Source: a virus
DNA length: 64,000 nucleotides
Strand: one strand, 5' to 3'
IMG/VR virus record: IMGVR_UViG_3300043409_002109
Span: 32,001 to 96,000 of that record
Within the stretch, counting starts at the first letter, position 1; the number at the start of each line of letters is the position of its first letter. The notes under the pieces were generated by a model, which had not been told where the DNA came from, searched no databases, and worked only from the letters and a program-made list of their open reading frames with translations. This document shows, piece by piece, positions 9,690-19,948 of the stretch. The position numbers were made by a program, and so were the translations under genes.

Positions 9690-12600
9690 TTGATTTCTGA
9701 TCTTGCGAGCCCCCTTACCGCACCTGACATTGATCTCGTTCAAAGAAAAGAGATCTTTGTTATAAATGATATTGCCTTAGTGGTTCCTCCCACTTCTATC
9801 TCTGTGCAGAAGGAGGATATGACTTACACCTGGCGCACGCTGCGTACCAGAACAAGTACGAAGGTTCCTACCGGGCATGGTAATATAAATGTCGGGCTTT
9901 CTTTGGTCTTCTTAGAAGATCGTATGTTCGACCTTCATCGTTTAATCGTCCAGTTACGCTCAAGCCCTTTCTGTTATGTTGAGAATCGTTATCTACGGGA
10001 AACTATTATCCCTGAGTTTAACCTCTATCAGGCTATGGCCTTCTGTGTAGATGCTATCCAGATATCTCCTTTACCGGGAACCTCTGATGCTTGGTTGTGT
10101 CAGCTCTCTTTGAGTTGGTTCAACTATCTCCCCTATACTGCTAACTTTATGTTCAGAGAAGATTGGGAAACAGAGTGGCTTGATAGCGGGGGCACTGGCG
10201 GAGGCCAGGCTATTAAGCAGAGCATAGGCTGGAAGTGGAATAAAGAAACTGGTAAGCGAGAGTTCACTCCATCAACTACCTCTCGACGCGAAGCTGAAGG
10301 AACGAATGTAAAGGAGTGGAACCTTCAGCAAGAGGGGTATGCGGATAAGGCCAATCGCACTCTGTTCGACATGGAAGCCTTGCACCTGGGGCAAGAGTTT
10401 GACATGCTTCCCTTGCCGGGAAATATGGCTCCCTCTCAGATAGCTTTAGACCCTCGTAATAGCAGAATCTATGTGCGCTATATTAACTTACTCCAGAGGG
10501 ATGCTCTTTGGGATAATTTTGAGATAGATATTGAGCGCTTGCTGACCGATGCGCAGATACCACTAGAAGGATTCTTCGGAGTTCACGAAGAGCCTGATGG
10601 GAGTAAGCAGACTTGGGGTCTGCATTCGGGACCTACCTCCTCGAATGAGGAGCACCGAAAGGCATGGTATGGAGTGATGAGAAAGGTTACAAGAGACATG
10701 CTTTCTTACAATGGCAAGATCTCTTTAGTCTTTCAGACCTACCAGACACTCGACATGCCTAATGAATGGAGCAAGGCTTTAGGTCGGCTCTCTGCTGTTG
10801 TCAGGAAGGAGTTTAACCCAGGCGCTAGCGAGACGAACCCGCTCTATCAAGGTGATTGGGTCACAATTCATAAGTATAGTAATAATATGACGCAGGCTAT
10901 CAGGAAGCATCCTAAGAGGACGGGACTTACCAATCCTAATGGCTTCAGATCTCCTCTTGGGGCGCCAGATAGAAGATTCAGTATTAATGAACTACGGAAC
11001 GGAGTCTCTTCACGGATATGTGAGAGAAGCCCCGAGAAAGATGTAGAGCTTGGGTACCCCCCCACGGGGAGGAACGAAGGCAGAGTTCACTGGGGAACGG
11101 ACTTCGGGACCGGTAAACAAGAAGGTTGGAAAGTTTACGCCTGTCGGCCTGGGAGAGTCACTGGTGTGAACTACGGATCCGTGGATGCCAGCAAAGTCGT
11201 GTGGAAATCTTTCCGTGAAACGGATGGGAAAATCTCCCAGATAGAGGGCGGCAAACTGTATGAGGCATGGCTAAGGACCATGACTGACGCCCTCGGAGCT
11301 TCTTCTGTAGCGAAGAGCAAGAAGGTCGTGTCCCTTGCCGGTACTGCTCTCCAGCAGTACCAGAAGTTCGGGACTATAATCCAAGATGTGACTTATCCAG
11401 AGATCTACTATTTCACAGACTTAACGAGTGAAGGTGGAAACTGGATTCGAATAGAGCATAACACTGGAGGCGAGCCAGGTGTCGGGAGTTGTGATGGCGA
11501 CATCTCGGTGTATATGCATCTTCGAGAAATATTCGTAAAGGTCGGAGATATCATAGGTGGCGCGGAGGGGAACCCAGGACATGATATCGATCAACCAATT
11601 GGCATTGTAGGGCAAACTTCTACCCTTAGTCCGAAGTATATAGATTGGTTCGTAAAGAATAAGACTCGTGGCGCCCAAAGGGGTGGGCCGGCCGCCGGCC
11701 GCCACGCAGACTGGGAGAAGGGAAAGTTCCAGCAGCTAAAACCTTTTGAGTATCAAGAGATTGTCTCTGAGTTGCGGCAGTCTGGGATTCCAGATCGTAA
11801 GAATAAAGGCGGATTCACACTCCCTATCCACCTCCACTTTGAGTACTGGGAGAAGGAAGGCAACGGTGCTCCGCTTGATCGATCTGTAGATCCTTATGTG
11901 TTCAAGGATTTCTCGAACACTCCAATGGTCAAGGAAGGCTATGTAATGGTTGACCCAGTTCCTTCCTTCGAGGCCGGGTCTCAGGGTATGGAGGGTAAGG
12001 AGAACTACGTCCTCTGGATAGACAATACAGCCGCTATTGCGAAGATCTCTGCCGCTATCGTAGCCAAGGAGATAAAGAAGGATAACGGAGAGAGCTATGA
12101 GGTAGATACGGCGAAGCTCGAAGATATGATAGAGAAGATGGAGGAGCTATCTAGTCAAGGATGGTACCATTACGAGGGGGCTATGAAGCTCCCTAACGTC
12201 TGGTATAAAACTTGGATTCTCAACTACCGACATGGAAACAAAGACGAGCTTAGAGACCCTAACGTTCTCCAGAACTTTTTTAATAGCACTGATAGTGCCT
12301 ATACAGATCTGAGCACAGTTTTCACTGGGGTAAGTGGCGGGTTTACGAACATTGTTGCGCGCATTCCCATCCTCTCATATGAGTACCCGACTCTTCAGCA
12401 TCTTGGTTCTATAGAGCCTCACTACACTTTTGAGTTTACCCTATTGGATGATCGGTTTGACGAAGAGGGCGGCAAGGGTCTCCACGGTATACCTTCTAGT
12501 GGCCAGCTCTTAGAGGGTATGAGAAGTATACTCCAGAGAAATGCCCGTAAATACAGGGAAGTCAAAGATAGTTGGAGCTTAGCTACAGATACTTTTATGA

Positions 12601-15600
12601 CTAGGTTACTTGGTTCTTTCCGGGTGAGAGATGCCATCTTCAATAACACTACAACAGGTGTTGTCAATCAGGTAACTTTATTGAAGAGAACGATTATAGA
12701 ACGCTCTGACAATGGGACTGTAGAAGGTAGCCCAGGGCTGTCCTATCTATCCTTCGAGATGAGCGAGACGAACCCCTATGATGAAGAAGAATTTGTTAAT
12801 ATCAACCCTGCATTCTTTGACGTAGAGACTGCGAGGAAGGAGGCTCTGCAGGCTCTCTATAAGCTAGATATCGCTGGAGAGTTCAAGGACAGTGTTCTGC
12901 CTATTCTTATCGGGAGTCTGGCGAACAGAAATATTCTAGATCCCAATAACGAGGAGGGGTATGGCCAGTTTAGCGTTGATAGCACTAGTGATTTAGCCTA
13001 TGCCCTAGGAGGGAGCCAGAAAGTTATACTTTATCGGGGTGATGATCCCGAATTTAAAAAGGGTTTAGGCTTTCAGGACAGCTTCGTTATCCAAGATCCA
13101 GGCGGGGTCTACGAGAGGCTGCTGCGTAATGAGTTAGAAGGAGACTTCGATAAAAGTGTTACTATTAGAAATGGCTTGCTTCTCGTAAACGCTAATGAAG
13201 GAGACTACGGGGAGCCAGAGTTTTCGACCCCGTATATCGCTGAAGACTACGGAACTTTTGACGAGGGCGCCGTTTCAAACGAAACGAGGAAGCCTAGAGC
13301 TTCCTTCGATATCTCCCGGATATTAGAGTCTTCATCAGATCTCGCTCAGCTTTCTAAGTTGAACTTGCCTAAAATCGCTGACTATTGGCAGCTTCTAGAT
13401 GCAGTGCTTAAGAGTGCAGAGATATCTCTGGCTGAGGAAAAAACTCTTGTCAGTCCCAGGAGTTCGCTCTCCTACCAGACGGGAGGACTTAGCAAGGAAA
13501 GGGTACAGGCAGAGCTTTATGATCTTCCGGTAACGCCCTCCATGTGGAGACTTTGGCAGTATTACCAGATAGCTGCAGGGGCAAAGTGGATCGTAACCGC
13601 GAACAAAGTTCCTAGTGCTGGCTGGAAAACTGATATTCTCCTAGGTCCCGTTGAAAAAATGTTCTTCGCTTCTGTTACGCAAGAGAATGAATTTGATGCG
13701 ACTGGTGAGGCAGCTTTTACTGTATTGAAGAGTAACGCGGGTTGGCTTACTTGGAGCGAAGTAACGTCGGAGGCTCTTTCTCCTGAATTACTTAAGAAAG
13801 CTACTGATACACATCTTTCTTTTGGTACAGACATCTTAACCTTCGGTGGGATTGGCTTGGATAGCTTGGGCGTTGGTGCGACTCTTATTATCGATCAGGG
13901 TCGTGATGGTTGGGCTCAGGTAACTGGGGCGAAGAAAGCAGAGGATACCAAGTGGATGGGGACCTTTCTCCGAGGCGGCACTTTGGCAGCAGAAGAGAAG
14001 CTCACTGAGATATACCTTCGGCATATGTATCCTAGCAATGCCGTCTGGCTGACTGACCTCGCTAAATATTATGCGAAAGATACTCTTTTCTCTCCTATTG
14101 TTGCATTGATTAATGGGAATGAGGGGCCTCTCGCCTCGGTCCATGCCCAGCTGCAAGAGAACTTGCACAGCTGCGGGTATTGGAGCTTTGGTTTTTCAGA
14201 CAGTGCGATAGGGAAAGCTTTCGGGGCTGGGTACCCCCGCTTTACTGTGCGCAAGGAGGATTTCAAAACAACTGCCGATGGCCTCCTCTACTACGATAAT
14301 ACTTCAGGAGAGAGAACTCCATCAGGAGTTTCGGGCATAAAAGATTATGACTCTAGCTTTATCTGGCCTGTCTCTGAAGATGTTGAAATAAAGAAGCTAA
14401 GAGAATTTAAAAGCGCCCTCGCACGTCTCGCCGATGACATACTCTCTGATCCAAAGATTCTAACTGCTTTAGGTTTACAGAGATATATAAACATATTGGC
14501 GTCTCAAAAGACTATCAAGGGTACAGAGTGTTATCCTGATTTACAACTTCCTGAGCATCCTTATTACGGCGATACGAAGGATGTCTCTCCAGATTTTTAC
14601 TTCTGGAATATGTATGATGACGGACAGGCTTTTGCCCCAGAAGTTATCGAACGTATTCGGACTTCAGCCGATCACATTGTATCCAACTGTTATGAGTCAC
14701 TTCGGGTGATGCAGGGCCGGAATGATAAGGCTAATGAAATGCCTTATACAAATACTAGTATCTCTGATCAACAGATTATTACTCCATTCAGATATAATGC
14801 TGAAGCTACTGACGGTAATAGTCCCAACCCATCCAATGTCGGGCCTACTGATATCCCTTGGTATGAAAATGATGCAGCAGCAGATGCTGTAGCGAAGTTC
14901 AATGGAACTATAAAAACTGCTGGGGAGAAAAGCATTAAGGATGCCAATCAGGTTAGCGCGACTCCTCGGAGAGCGTTAAAGGTGAACAAGGCGGAAATTT
15001 CTGCTATCAACCCACCCTCTGCTTCTATGTCGGTTACCGAGGGGCAGATAGATACTGGAGATAGCAAGAACTTTAAGGGTGGCTTGCATTACCCTATGCG
15101 AGTGACCCCCGAGAAGTACACAGAACTGAGGAACCACCTTCTCTCTTCGCGGCCGATGTTTGGTAACAAAGCAGCTTACTTAGGAAAGCAATTCGAAGAG
15201 AATGCCCCTGCTCCAGAGGTAGCTCAAGTTCGGGGAACAGCGCTCCAGACGCCCCTTCAGTACACGCATTTATTCGATGAATCTTCCCTAAAACAGCTTG
15301 CTTTCGACTCTAGTAGAGATATCGTTTCTCAGAAAGTAACTATGAGGAGAGCATTCCCGACCTTCAAGCTCTTCTTTATTGAAGAAGATGAAATCGAAGA
15401 TCATCTTATCGCATATGATGATTTCCATTCTTATAATGCTGTGAAAGAATTCTCAGTAGTCCAAAGCCGCAAGATTGCGGCCGACGTAGCGATCATCACT
15501 CTACAGAACGTTTCGGGTACGCTAGATGCTACCCGCAGAGATGCTATTGCTGACGTTGACTACTTCACGAAGAAGCCTAAGAGCAAAGATAAGAACCAAA

Positions 15601-18600
15601 GCACCACCAGCGGAGAGGCCGTAGCCGAGGGCACTGATAATGAGCAGCCTTTCCAGGCTGTGCTCCTACGTCCTGGTATGAACATACAGCTTCGTAGCGG
15701 TTATAGTAACGACCCCAGAAATCTTCATGTAATGATTTCTGGTAGAGTAGTGGACATAACTTGGAATAAAGTCGGGGATATGGCCGAGATAATGGTCCAG
15801 GGATTTGGCGTTGAACTCCAGCAAGCCTACAAGGGCACAGAAGGGGATGGAACCATCTACTACACCACCCATCATCTGCTCGGAGCGATGATGCTACAGC
15901 CTGAACTAGTCCATTTTGGGAGGTGGGAACGTGGACAATTATTCCAAGAGGGAGAGTCTCAAGACTCTAGGTTGGACTTCTATGATTATTCTAGAGAAGG
16001 ATTCATGGGAAGATTCTCTATGACGACAGCGATCACTTCTTGGCTAGCGGCGCATCCTATTATTACTATTGTAGGTATGCTCGGTCTCGGTGCTCTGAAC
16101 CTATATACCCCGGGCGCAGGGAAGCTCACTGCTGGAGCAGCAAAACCCGGGTTTCTTTCTAGAGTCTTTAGCTCTTTAGCTAGAGTAGGAGAGAAGCCTA
16201 CGGTCCTTAAGGCGACAGAATATGCCACGACAGGAGCTTTTAGAAAGATTCTTCCTGAAGCGATTGAAGCAGAGCTAAAGACAGCCGGTGGGTGGAAAGG
16301 ACTAAGTGATGCTTCTAAAATCGCTGTGGTCAAACTGATATTGGGAAAGCAAAGAGAAGCCTACCGACTTCTGAAGTCAACTTCGAGCTGGACCCTAGCC
16401 CATAGCAAGGAGGCTACTCGTTTAAGAAAGATAACTCATGAAGCTATCGCAAAAGCAGAGACTATTGAAGATGTTCTGGCAGCAGGAGCCTCCCATGTGA
16501 GAGGCTTGAATTACACTCTCCTAAAGGGAGGTATGTTAGGGAACCCAGCCTACTCGCTACTCACTAGCCCTCTTGGCTTCTTGGGTTGGCACCAGGTGAA
16601 AACCATGAGTTCATTTGGAATAAGGTCTTATTTAGTCGGTACTGGAAAGGTCGCTGGAGGAGCATTACTAACCGGTTTAGTATTGGATGCTCTTGGGGTA
16701 CCTATTCGAGCGGCTTATGACGCAACTGCCGGCAGAATCCAAAGATGGTTCTCGACTGCTCAAGTCTCTCTAATGATCAGCCCTCAAGATGACAACTTAT
16801 TCTGTCCTCACCCTAAAGACTATATGGATATGTCAGAAAAGAGCTATACACAGGTATTTGAAGAGTGGCTTACAGTTAGTGCCGGAGATCTTGTTGCCGG
16901 CACTAACCAAGGTTATAAGTTCTCTAGGTGGCTTCACTTGGAGACGATCTTTGATAAGAGAGTCCTTCCTCAGTCTTGTCAGTATCAAATAGATACTTCT
17001 ACTATCTGGGATATTTTCCATGAGATGTCTTTACGTCATCCTGGCTGGATCTATGGGGTACGGCCCTACGGCCATGCATTCAGGAATACGATGTTCTTCG
17101 GCGTTCCCAGTCAGCGCTATTGGTCAAAGCCTGCAAGTAATGAATTCATCCAGCGTGTTAACACCCTCAGCAGATTTCTTGCGAATGACGAAATAGATGA
17201 AACAGAATATGAATTGTTATACGGTGATAATATAGATGGGAAAACTATAGCCGAGTATAAAGAACAACTCACCTTCTCTGCTAGGCTTAAGCTTCAGACT
17301 CACTCTTCTGAATCCCCGCCAGTAGGGGTCGTCTATGGTCCGCAGACTAAAGCTGAAGCAGAGCTGAATCCCCCACCAGCCTACGACCCTAGAGTAGAGA
17401 AGGAAGTTCAAGCCCAATTAAAGGCGCGACTATCGGCCCCGGCCATCAAGGAGTACCTACGAGGTCTTGAGTTAAGGTTCGTCCCTTTCCGGAATCACCA
17501 TATGGTGAGTAGTACTCGTGATCTCATTTGGAATGGGATAATGAGTAGTGAAAATGCAGCTTATAATGCTGTGTCTGTAACTTATTTTGATGAGACTTCA
17601 GGAGCGAGCAAGTCTTCAGAGACTACGACAGAGATATTCAAGGCTCATTCATTTATACCTGAGCATATGGTTCGAGTTCTACCCCTCCCGGTATATAGGA
17701 ATTGTATTAGCTATCCAATGGCTATTAGATACGCCATGGGAACGCTAATGGATACAATGAAAGATATGTACCGGGGTGAGATTATTGTTACTGGGAACCC
17801 TAGACTGCGGCCCTATGATATCTGCATTCTTACTGATGACTATAACGATATGGTTGGTCCAATAGAAATAGAGCAGGTTGTTCATACTTTCTCTCATGAG
17901 ACTGGGTTCATTACAGAAATTAAGCCTTCAGCAGTTGTCATAGCAAACGAGATTAGTTCGTGGCCTCTGATAGAGGCGGCTAAGCTTTGGACCTTAGCGG
18001 TAAGAGATATAGAAGCTAAGTACGCAATAGGGCCAGGTCAAACTGGCCTGATGGGAGATATTGCCAGTGTGTTGGCTTCGACTCTCAGTGAAGCTGATTC
18101 AAAAACTTTAGAGAAGAAATATCAAACTATGTATGGTGGTGAGATACCATTCATACAAGACCTGGCTGAAGATAAGGCTCTCTCTGAATCGCTAGAAGCT
18201 TGGGATAAAGATATCGCTCTTGCTGTTGCTGGAATGAGAACGGCGAGCGTTGGGATCCTTGGAGGTACTGCCGCTGCTGCGGCGCTGGTAGGAGCCGGAA
18301 TAGCTGCGAGAGTGCCTGGTGGGAGGATCCTAGGTTCAATTGGTCTTCTTGGCGCGGTACCTCTCGCCCTCACTGCCGGAGCTTTACACATTGCCCTGCA
18401 GACTCCTCCGAGCTTGAAGATGCTCATAGGTGGGACTGTACTCTTCGCCCAGATGGCAAGAGAAGAATCTATTATTCTTGTTCCTTTGATGAAGAATGGG
18501 CAGCCCATTGTCTCTGGATTGAATATCCAAGATCCTTCTATGATGTGGACCCACTTCAAGGGGAACTTGAGGCGTATGGTGTCAGACATAACTGAGGGCA

Positions 18601-18734
18601 CAGAAGATCTAATGAGAGTCTGGGATGAGCACAAGACCGGCGCGTGGGATAAGATATGGGAAGCATATGATGACTCTGGTAAGATGGATCCTAAGACAAG
18701 AGTAGTTAACACTAATCTCACAGGAGAGGAATAA
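9690..18734 (+). CDS. giant baseplate hub / tail lysin with M23 metallopeptidase domain (3014 aa)
   Basis: M23 motifs HWGTD (~11088), YMHL (~11511) and HLHFE (~11829). C-terminal hub-like YRGEIIVTGNPRLRPYD...IEQVVHTFS..GFIT motif. Precedes the gp25-like and J-like genes. The TTG start is uncertain. Confidence 0.7.
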   Translation: MISDLASPLTAPDIDLVQRKEIFVINDIALVVPPTSISVQKEDMTYTWRTLRTRTSTKVPTGHGNINVGLSLVFLEDRMFDLHRLIVQLRSSPFCYVENRYLRETIIPEFNLYQAMAFCVDAIQISPLPGTSDAWLCQLSLSWFNYLPYTANFMFREDWETEWLDSGGTGGGQAIKQSIGWKWNKETGKREFTPSTTSRREAEGTNVKEWNLQQEGYADKANRTLFDMEALHLGQEFDMLPLPGNMAPSQIALDPRNSRIYVRYINLLQRDALWDNFEIDIERLLTDAQIPLEGFFGVHEEPDGSKQTWGLHSGPTSSNEEHRKAWYGVMRKVTRDMLSYNGKISLVFQTYQTLDMPNEWSKALGRLSAVVRKEFNPGASETNPLYQGDWVTIHKYSNNMTQAIRKHPKRTGLTNPNGFRSPLGAPDRRFSINELRNGVSSRICERSPEKDVELGYPPTGRNEGRVHWGTDFGTGKQEGWKVYACRPGRVTGVNYGSVDASKVVWKSFRETDGKISQIEGGKLYEAWLRTMTDALGASSVAKSKKVVSLAGTALQQYQKFGTIIQDVTYPEIYYFTDLTSEGGNWIRIEHNTGGEPGVGSCDGDISVYMHLREIFVKVGDIIGGAEGNPGHDIDQPIGIVGQTSTLSPKYIDWFVKNKTRGAQRGGPAAGRHADWEKGKFQQLKPFEYQEIVSELRQSGIPDRKNKGGFTLPIHLHFEYWEKEGNGAPLDRSVDPYVFKDFSNTPMVKEGYVMVDPVPSFEAGSQGMEGKENYVLWIDNTAAIAKISAAIVAKEIKKDNGESYEVDTAKLEDMIEKMEELSSQGWYHYEGAMKLPNVWYKTWILNYRHGNKDELRDPNVLQNFFNSTDSAYTDLSTVFTGVSGGFTNIVARIPILSYEYPTLQHLGSIEPHYTFEFTLLDDRFDEEGGKGLHGIPSSGQLLEGMRSILQRNARKYREVKDSWSLATDTFMTRLLGSFRVRDAIFNNTTTGVVNQVTLLKRTIIERSDNGTVEGSPGLSYLSFEMSETNPYDEEEFVNINPAFFDVETARKEALQALYKLDIAGEFKDSVLPILIGSLANRNILDPNNEEGYGQFSVDSTSDLAYALGGSQKVILYRGDDPEFKKGLGFQDSFVIQDPGGVYERLLRNELEGDFDKSVTIRNGLLLVNANEGDYGEPEFSTPYIAEDYGTFDEGAVSNETRKPRASFDISRILESSSDLAQLSKLNLPKIADYWQLLDAVLKSAEISLAEEKTLVSPRSSLSYQTGGLSKERVQAELYDLPVTPSMWRLWQYYQIAAGAKWIVTANKVPSAGWKTDILLGPVEKMFFASVTQENEFDATGEAAFTVLKSNAGWLTWSEVTSEALSPELLKKATDTHLSFGTDILTFGGIGLDSLGVGATLIIDQGRDGWAQVTGAKKAEDTKWMGTFLRGGTLAAEEKLTEIYLRHMYPSNAVWLTDLAKYYAKDTLFSPIVALINGNEGPLASVHAQLQENLHSCGYWSFGFSDSAIGKAFGAGYPRFTVRKEDFKTTADGLLYYDNTSGERTPSGVSGIKDYDSSFIWPVSEDVEIKKLREFKSALARLADDILSDPKILTALGLQRYINILASQKTIKGTECYPDLQLPEHPYYGDTKDVSPDFYFWNMYDDGQAFAPEVIERIRTSADHIVSNCYESLRVMQGRNDKANEMPYTNTSISDQQIITPFRYNAEATDGNSPNPSNVGPTDIPWYENDAAADAVAKFNGTIKTAGEKSIKDANQVSATPRRALKVNKAEISAINPPSASMSVTEGQIDTGDSKNFKGGLHYPMRVTPEKYTELRNHLLSSRPMFGNKAAYLGKQFEENAPAPEVAQVRGTALQTPLQYTHLFDESSLKQLAFDSSRDIVSQKVTMRRAFPTFKLFFIEEDEIEDHLIAYDDFHSYNAVKEFSVVQSRKIAADVAIITLQNVSGTLDATRRDAIADVDYFTKKPKSKDKNQSTTSGEAVAEGTDNEQPFQAVLLRPGMNIQLRSGYSNDPRNLHVMISGRVVDITWNKVGDMAEIMVQGFGVELQQAYKGTEGDGTIYYTTHHLLGAMMLQPELVHFGRWERGQLFQEGESQDSRLDFYDYSREGFMGRFSMTTAITSWLAAHPIITIVGMLGLGALNLYTPGAGKLTAGAAKPGFLSRVFSSLARVGEKPTVLKATEYATTGAFRKILPEAIEAELKTAGGWKGLSDASKIAVVKLILGKQREAYRLLKSTSSWTLAHSKEATRLRKITHEAIAKAETIEDVLAAGASHVRGLNYTLLKGGMLGNPAYSLLTSPLGFLGWHQVKTMSSFGIRSYLVGTGKVAGGALLTGLVLDALGVPIRAAYDATAGRIQRWFSTAQVSLMISPQDDNLFCPHPKDYMDMSEKSYTQVFEEWLTVSAGDLVAGTNQGYKFSRWLHLETIFDKRVLPQSCQYQIDTSTIWDIFHEMSLRHPGWIYGVRPYGHAFRNTMFFGVPSQRYWSKPASNEFIQRVNTLSRFLANDEIDETEYELLYGDNIDGKTIAEYKEQLTFSARLKLQTHSSESPPVGVVYGPQTKAEAELNPPPAYDPRVEKEVQAQLKARLSAPAIKEYLRGLELRFVPFRNHHMVSSTRDLIWNGIMSSENAAYNAVSVTYFDETSGASKSSETTTEIFKAHSFIPEHMVRVLPLPVYRNCISYPMAIRYAMGTLMDTMKDMYRGEIIVTGNPRLRPYDICILTDDYNDMVGPIEIEQVVHTFSHETGFITEIKPSAVVIANEISSWPLIEAAKLWTLAVRDIEAKYAIGPGQTGLMGDIASVLASTLSEADSKTLEKKYQTMYGGEIPFIQDLAEDKALSESLEAWDKDIALAVAGMRTASVGILGGTAAAAALVGAGIAARVPGGRILGSIGLLGAVPLALTAGALHIALQTPPSLKMLIGGTVLFAQMAREESIILVPLMKNGQPIVSGLNIQDPSMMWTHFKGNLRRMVSDITEGTEDLMRVWDEHKTGAWDKIWEAYDDSGKMDPKTRVVNTNLTGEE

Positions 18735-19159
18735 TGCCAGCGCCAGCAAGTAAGCTCCAGAACAGACTTCATCATATTCAGGTAGAGGGGGTTCGAGCAG
18801 ATCCTTTGGCAAGGAATATGGTGCGCGGTCTAATCATGGAAGTCTATGATAGAGCTACCAGAGAGGCTGGGGTGCCAGAGGAGATAGCAGCTACCCTCGT
18901 GCAGACTCCAGGTACCGTTATGGCAAAAGTTCTTTTACTAGGAGGGGGAGAGGTCTACGTGCCCCTTGCCATCTCAGCTGATGAGCGGCATCTGCTATAC
19001 GGTAACAACAAAAACATGATTGGAAGACCAGTAGAAATAGAGTATAAAGGAAAGAAGATCAGTCGCGGACTAGCCCATATCAGAGCAGATGCTCTTAACC
19101 TTGGGGTGCGAGAAGATCAAATCCTAAATCCTTTTGATATCAGTGGAACGATACTATAA
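18734..19159 (+). CDS. baseplate-associated protein, possible spike OB-fold part
   Basis: TAATG-coupled to the hub gene; occupies the usual spike position. Confidence 0.35.
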   Translation: MPAPASKLQNRLHHIQVEGVRADPLARNMVRGLIMEVYDRATREAGVPEEIAATLVQTPGTVMAKVLLLGGGEVYVPLAISADERHLLYGNNKNMIGRPVEIEYKGKKISRGLAHIRADALNLGVREDQILNPFDISGTIL

Positions 19160-19518
19160 TGGTTAGACCTTCAAAGTCTTTAAGACTCAACTATTGGCAG
19201 CTTACACCTGAGTTTGGTGCATGTATCGGCGTACTCGGAGGCCCCAACGAAGTCCTTCTACAGGCTTCTCAAAAGGCTTTCATTAGTGTAAAAGAAGATG
19301 TTGTTAGTATCTCCGGGGGATTCCCGAGTAAGATTAACATTCAGGGTATGTCGGATTCGTTCAGGTACGCGGGGATGCTGCAGGATCTGCCCTTCCCTCT
19401 TACTCTTATCCCTAGCACCCTAGCTACTCCGTTACCAAAGCAACTTTTCGTACCTCCTTTCATGGGGTTGCTACCTCAACTTTCTCAACTAGGCGCAATC
19501 GCTAGTATTATCTTATAG
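19159..19518 (+). CDS. baseplate-associated protein, possible spike beta-strand part
   Basis: TAATG-coupled. Short beta-strand run EVLLQA/AFISVK/DVVSISG followed by a Pro-rich C-terminus. Confidence 0.35.
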   Translation: MVRPSKSLRLNYWQLTPEFGACIGVLGGPNEVLLQASQKAFISVKEDVVSISGGFPSKINIQGMSDSFRYAGMLQDLPFPLTLIPSTLATPLPKQLFVPPFMGLLPQLSQLGAIASIIL

Positions 19519-19525
19519 GATATAT

Positions 19526-19948
19526 ATGCCAGTAAAAGATATAGATATATATTGGAGCACGGAAGGAGACTTCGTTCTGGGGAATAAAGGAGATTTCAAG
19601 AGTACGGTCGATGTTCAGTCCAGAACGATGATACAGAAAGTGCTTAAAAGGCTTATGAGTTCGCCTGGAGACTGGGCTGTTGCCCCTGAGATAGGCGTGC
19701 ACTGGGAGCGGATTCTAGGAAAACCAAATAAATCAGAGACTGGTAGGCTACTTGAGATAATGATAAGCTCTGAGCTGACGAGAGGAGGCTTCCTCTCAAG
19801 TTCTGAATTCACTGTAAGAGTTTTCCCTGCGAGTCTTAATCAGTTAGGGGTTTTATTAAACATAACCCCTAGAGATGTTCGGGGTGAAACAACCCTAACT
19901 TTTGTTTATGACATGAGAGATAACAGAATCATCCCTAGGACTGTATAA
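19526..19948 (+). CDS. baseplate wedge protein, gp25/GPW-like
   Basis: GDFVLG..GD, IQKVLKRLMSSPGDWAVAPEIG, ILGKPN pattern typical of the gp25 family; lies immediately before baseplate J. Confidence 0.8.
   Translation: MPVKDIDIYWSTEGDFVLGNKGDFKSTVDVQSRTMIQKVLKRLMSSPGDWAVAPEIGVHWERILGKPNKSETGRLLEIMISSELTRGGFLSSSEFTVRVFPASLNQLGVLLNITPRDVRGETTLTFVYDMRDNRIIPRTV

Noticed and set aside
18122-18775. 217-aa antisense ORF and the other short antisense ORFs in the track
   Set aside because: They are shadows of long, motif-bearing genes on the opposite strand and have no RBS or recognisable motifs.
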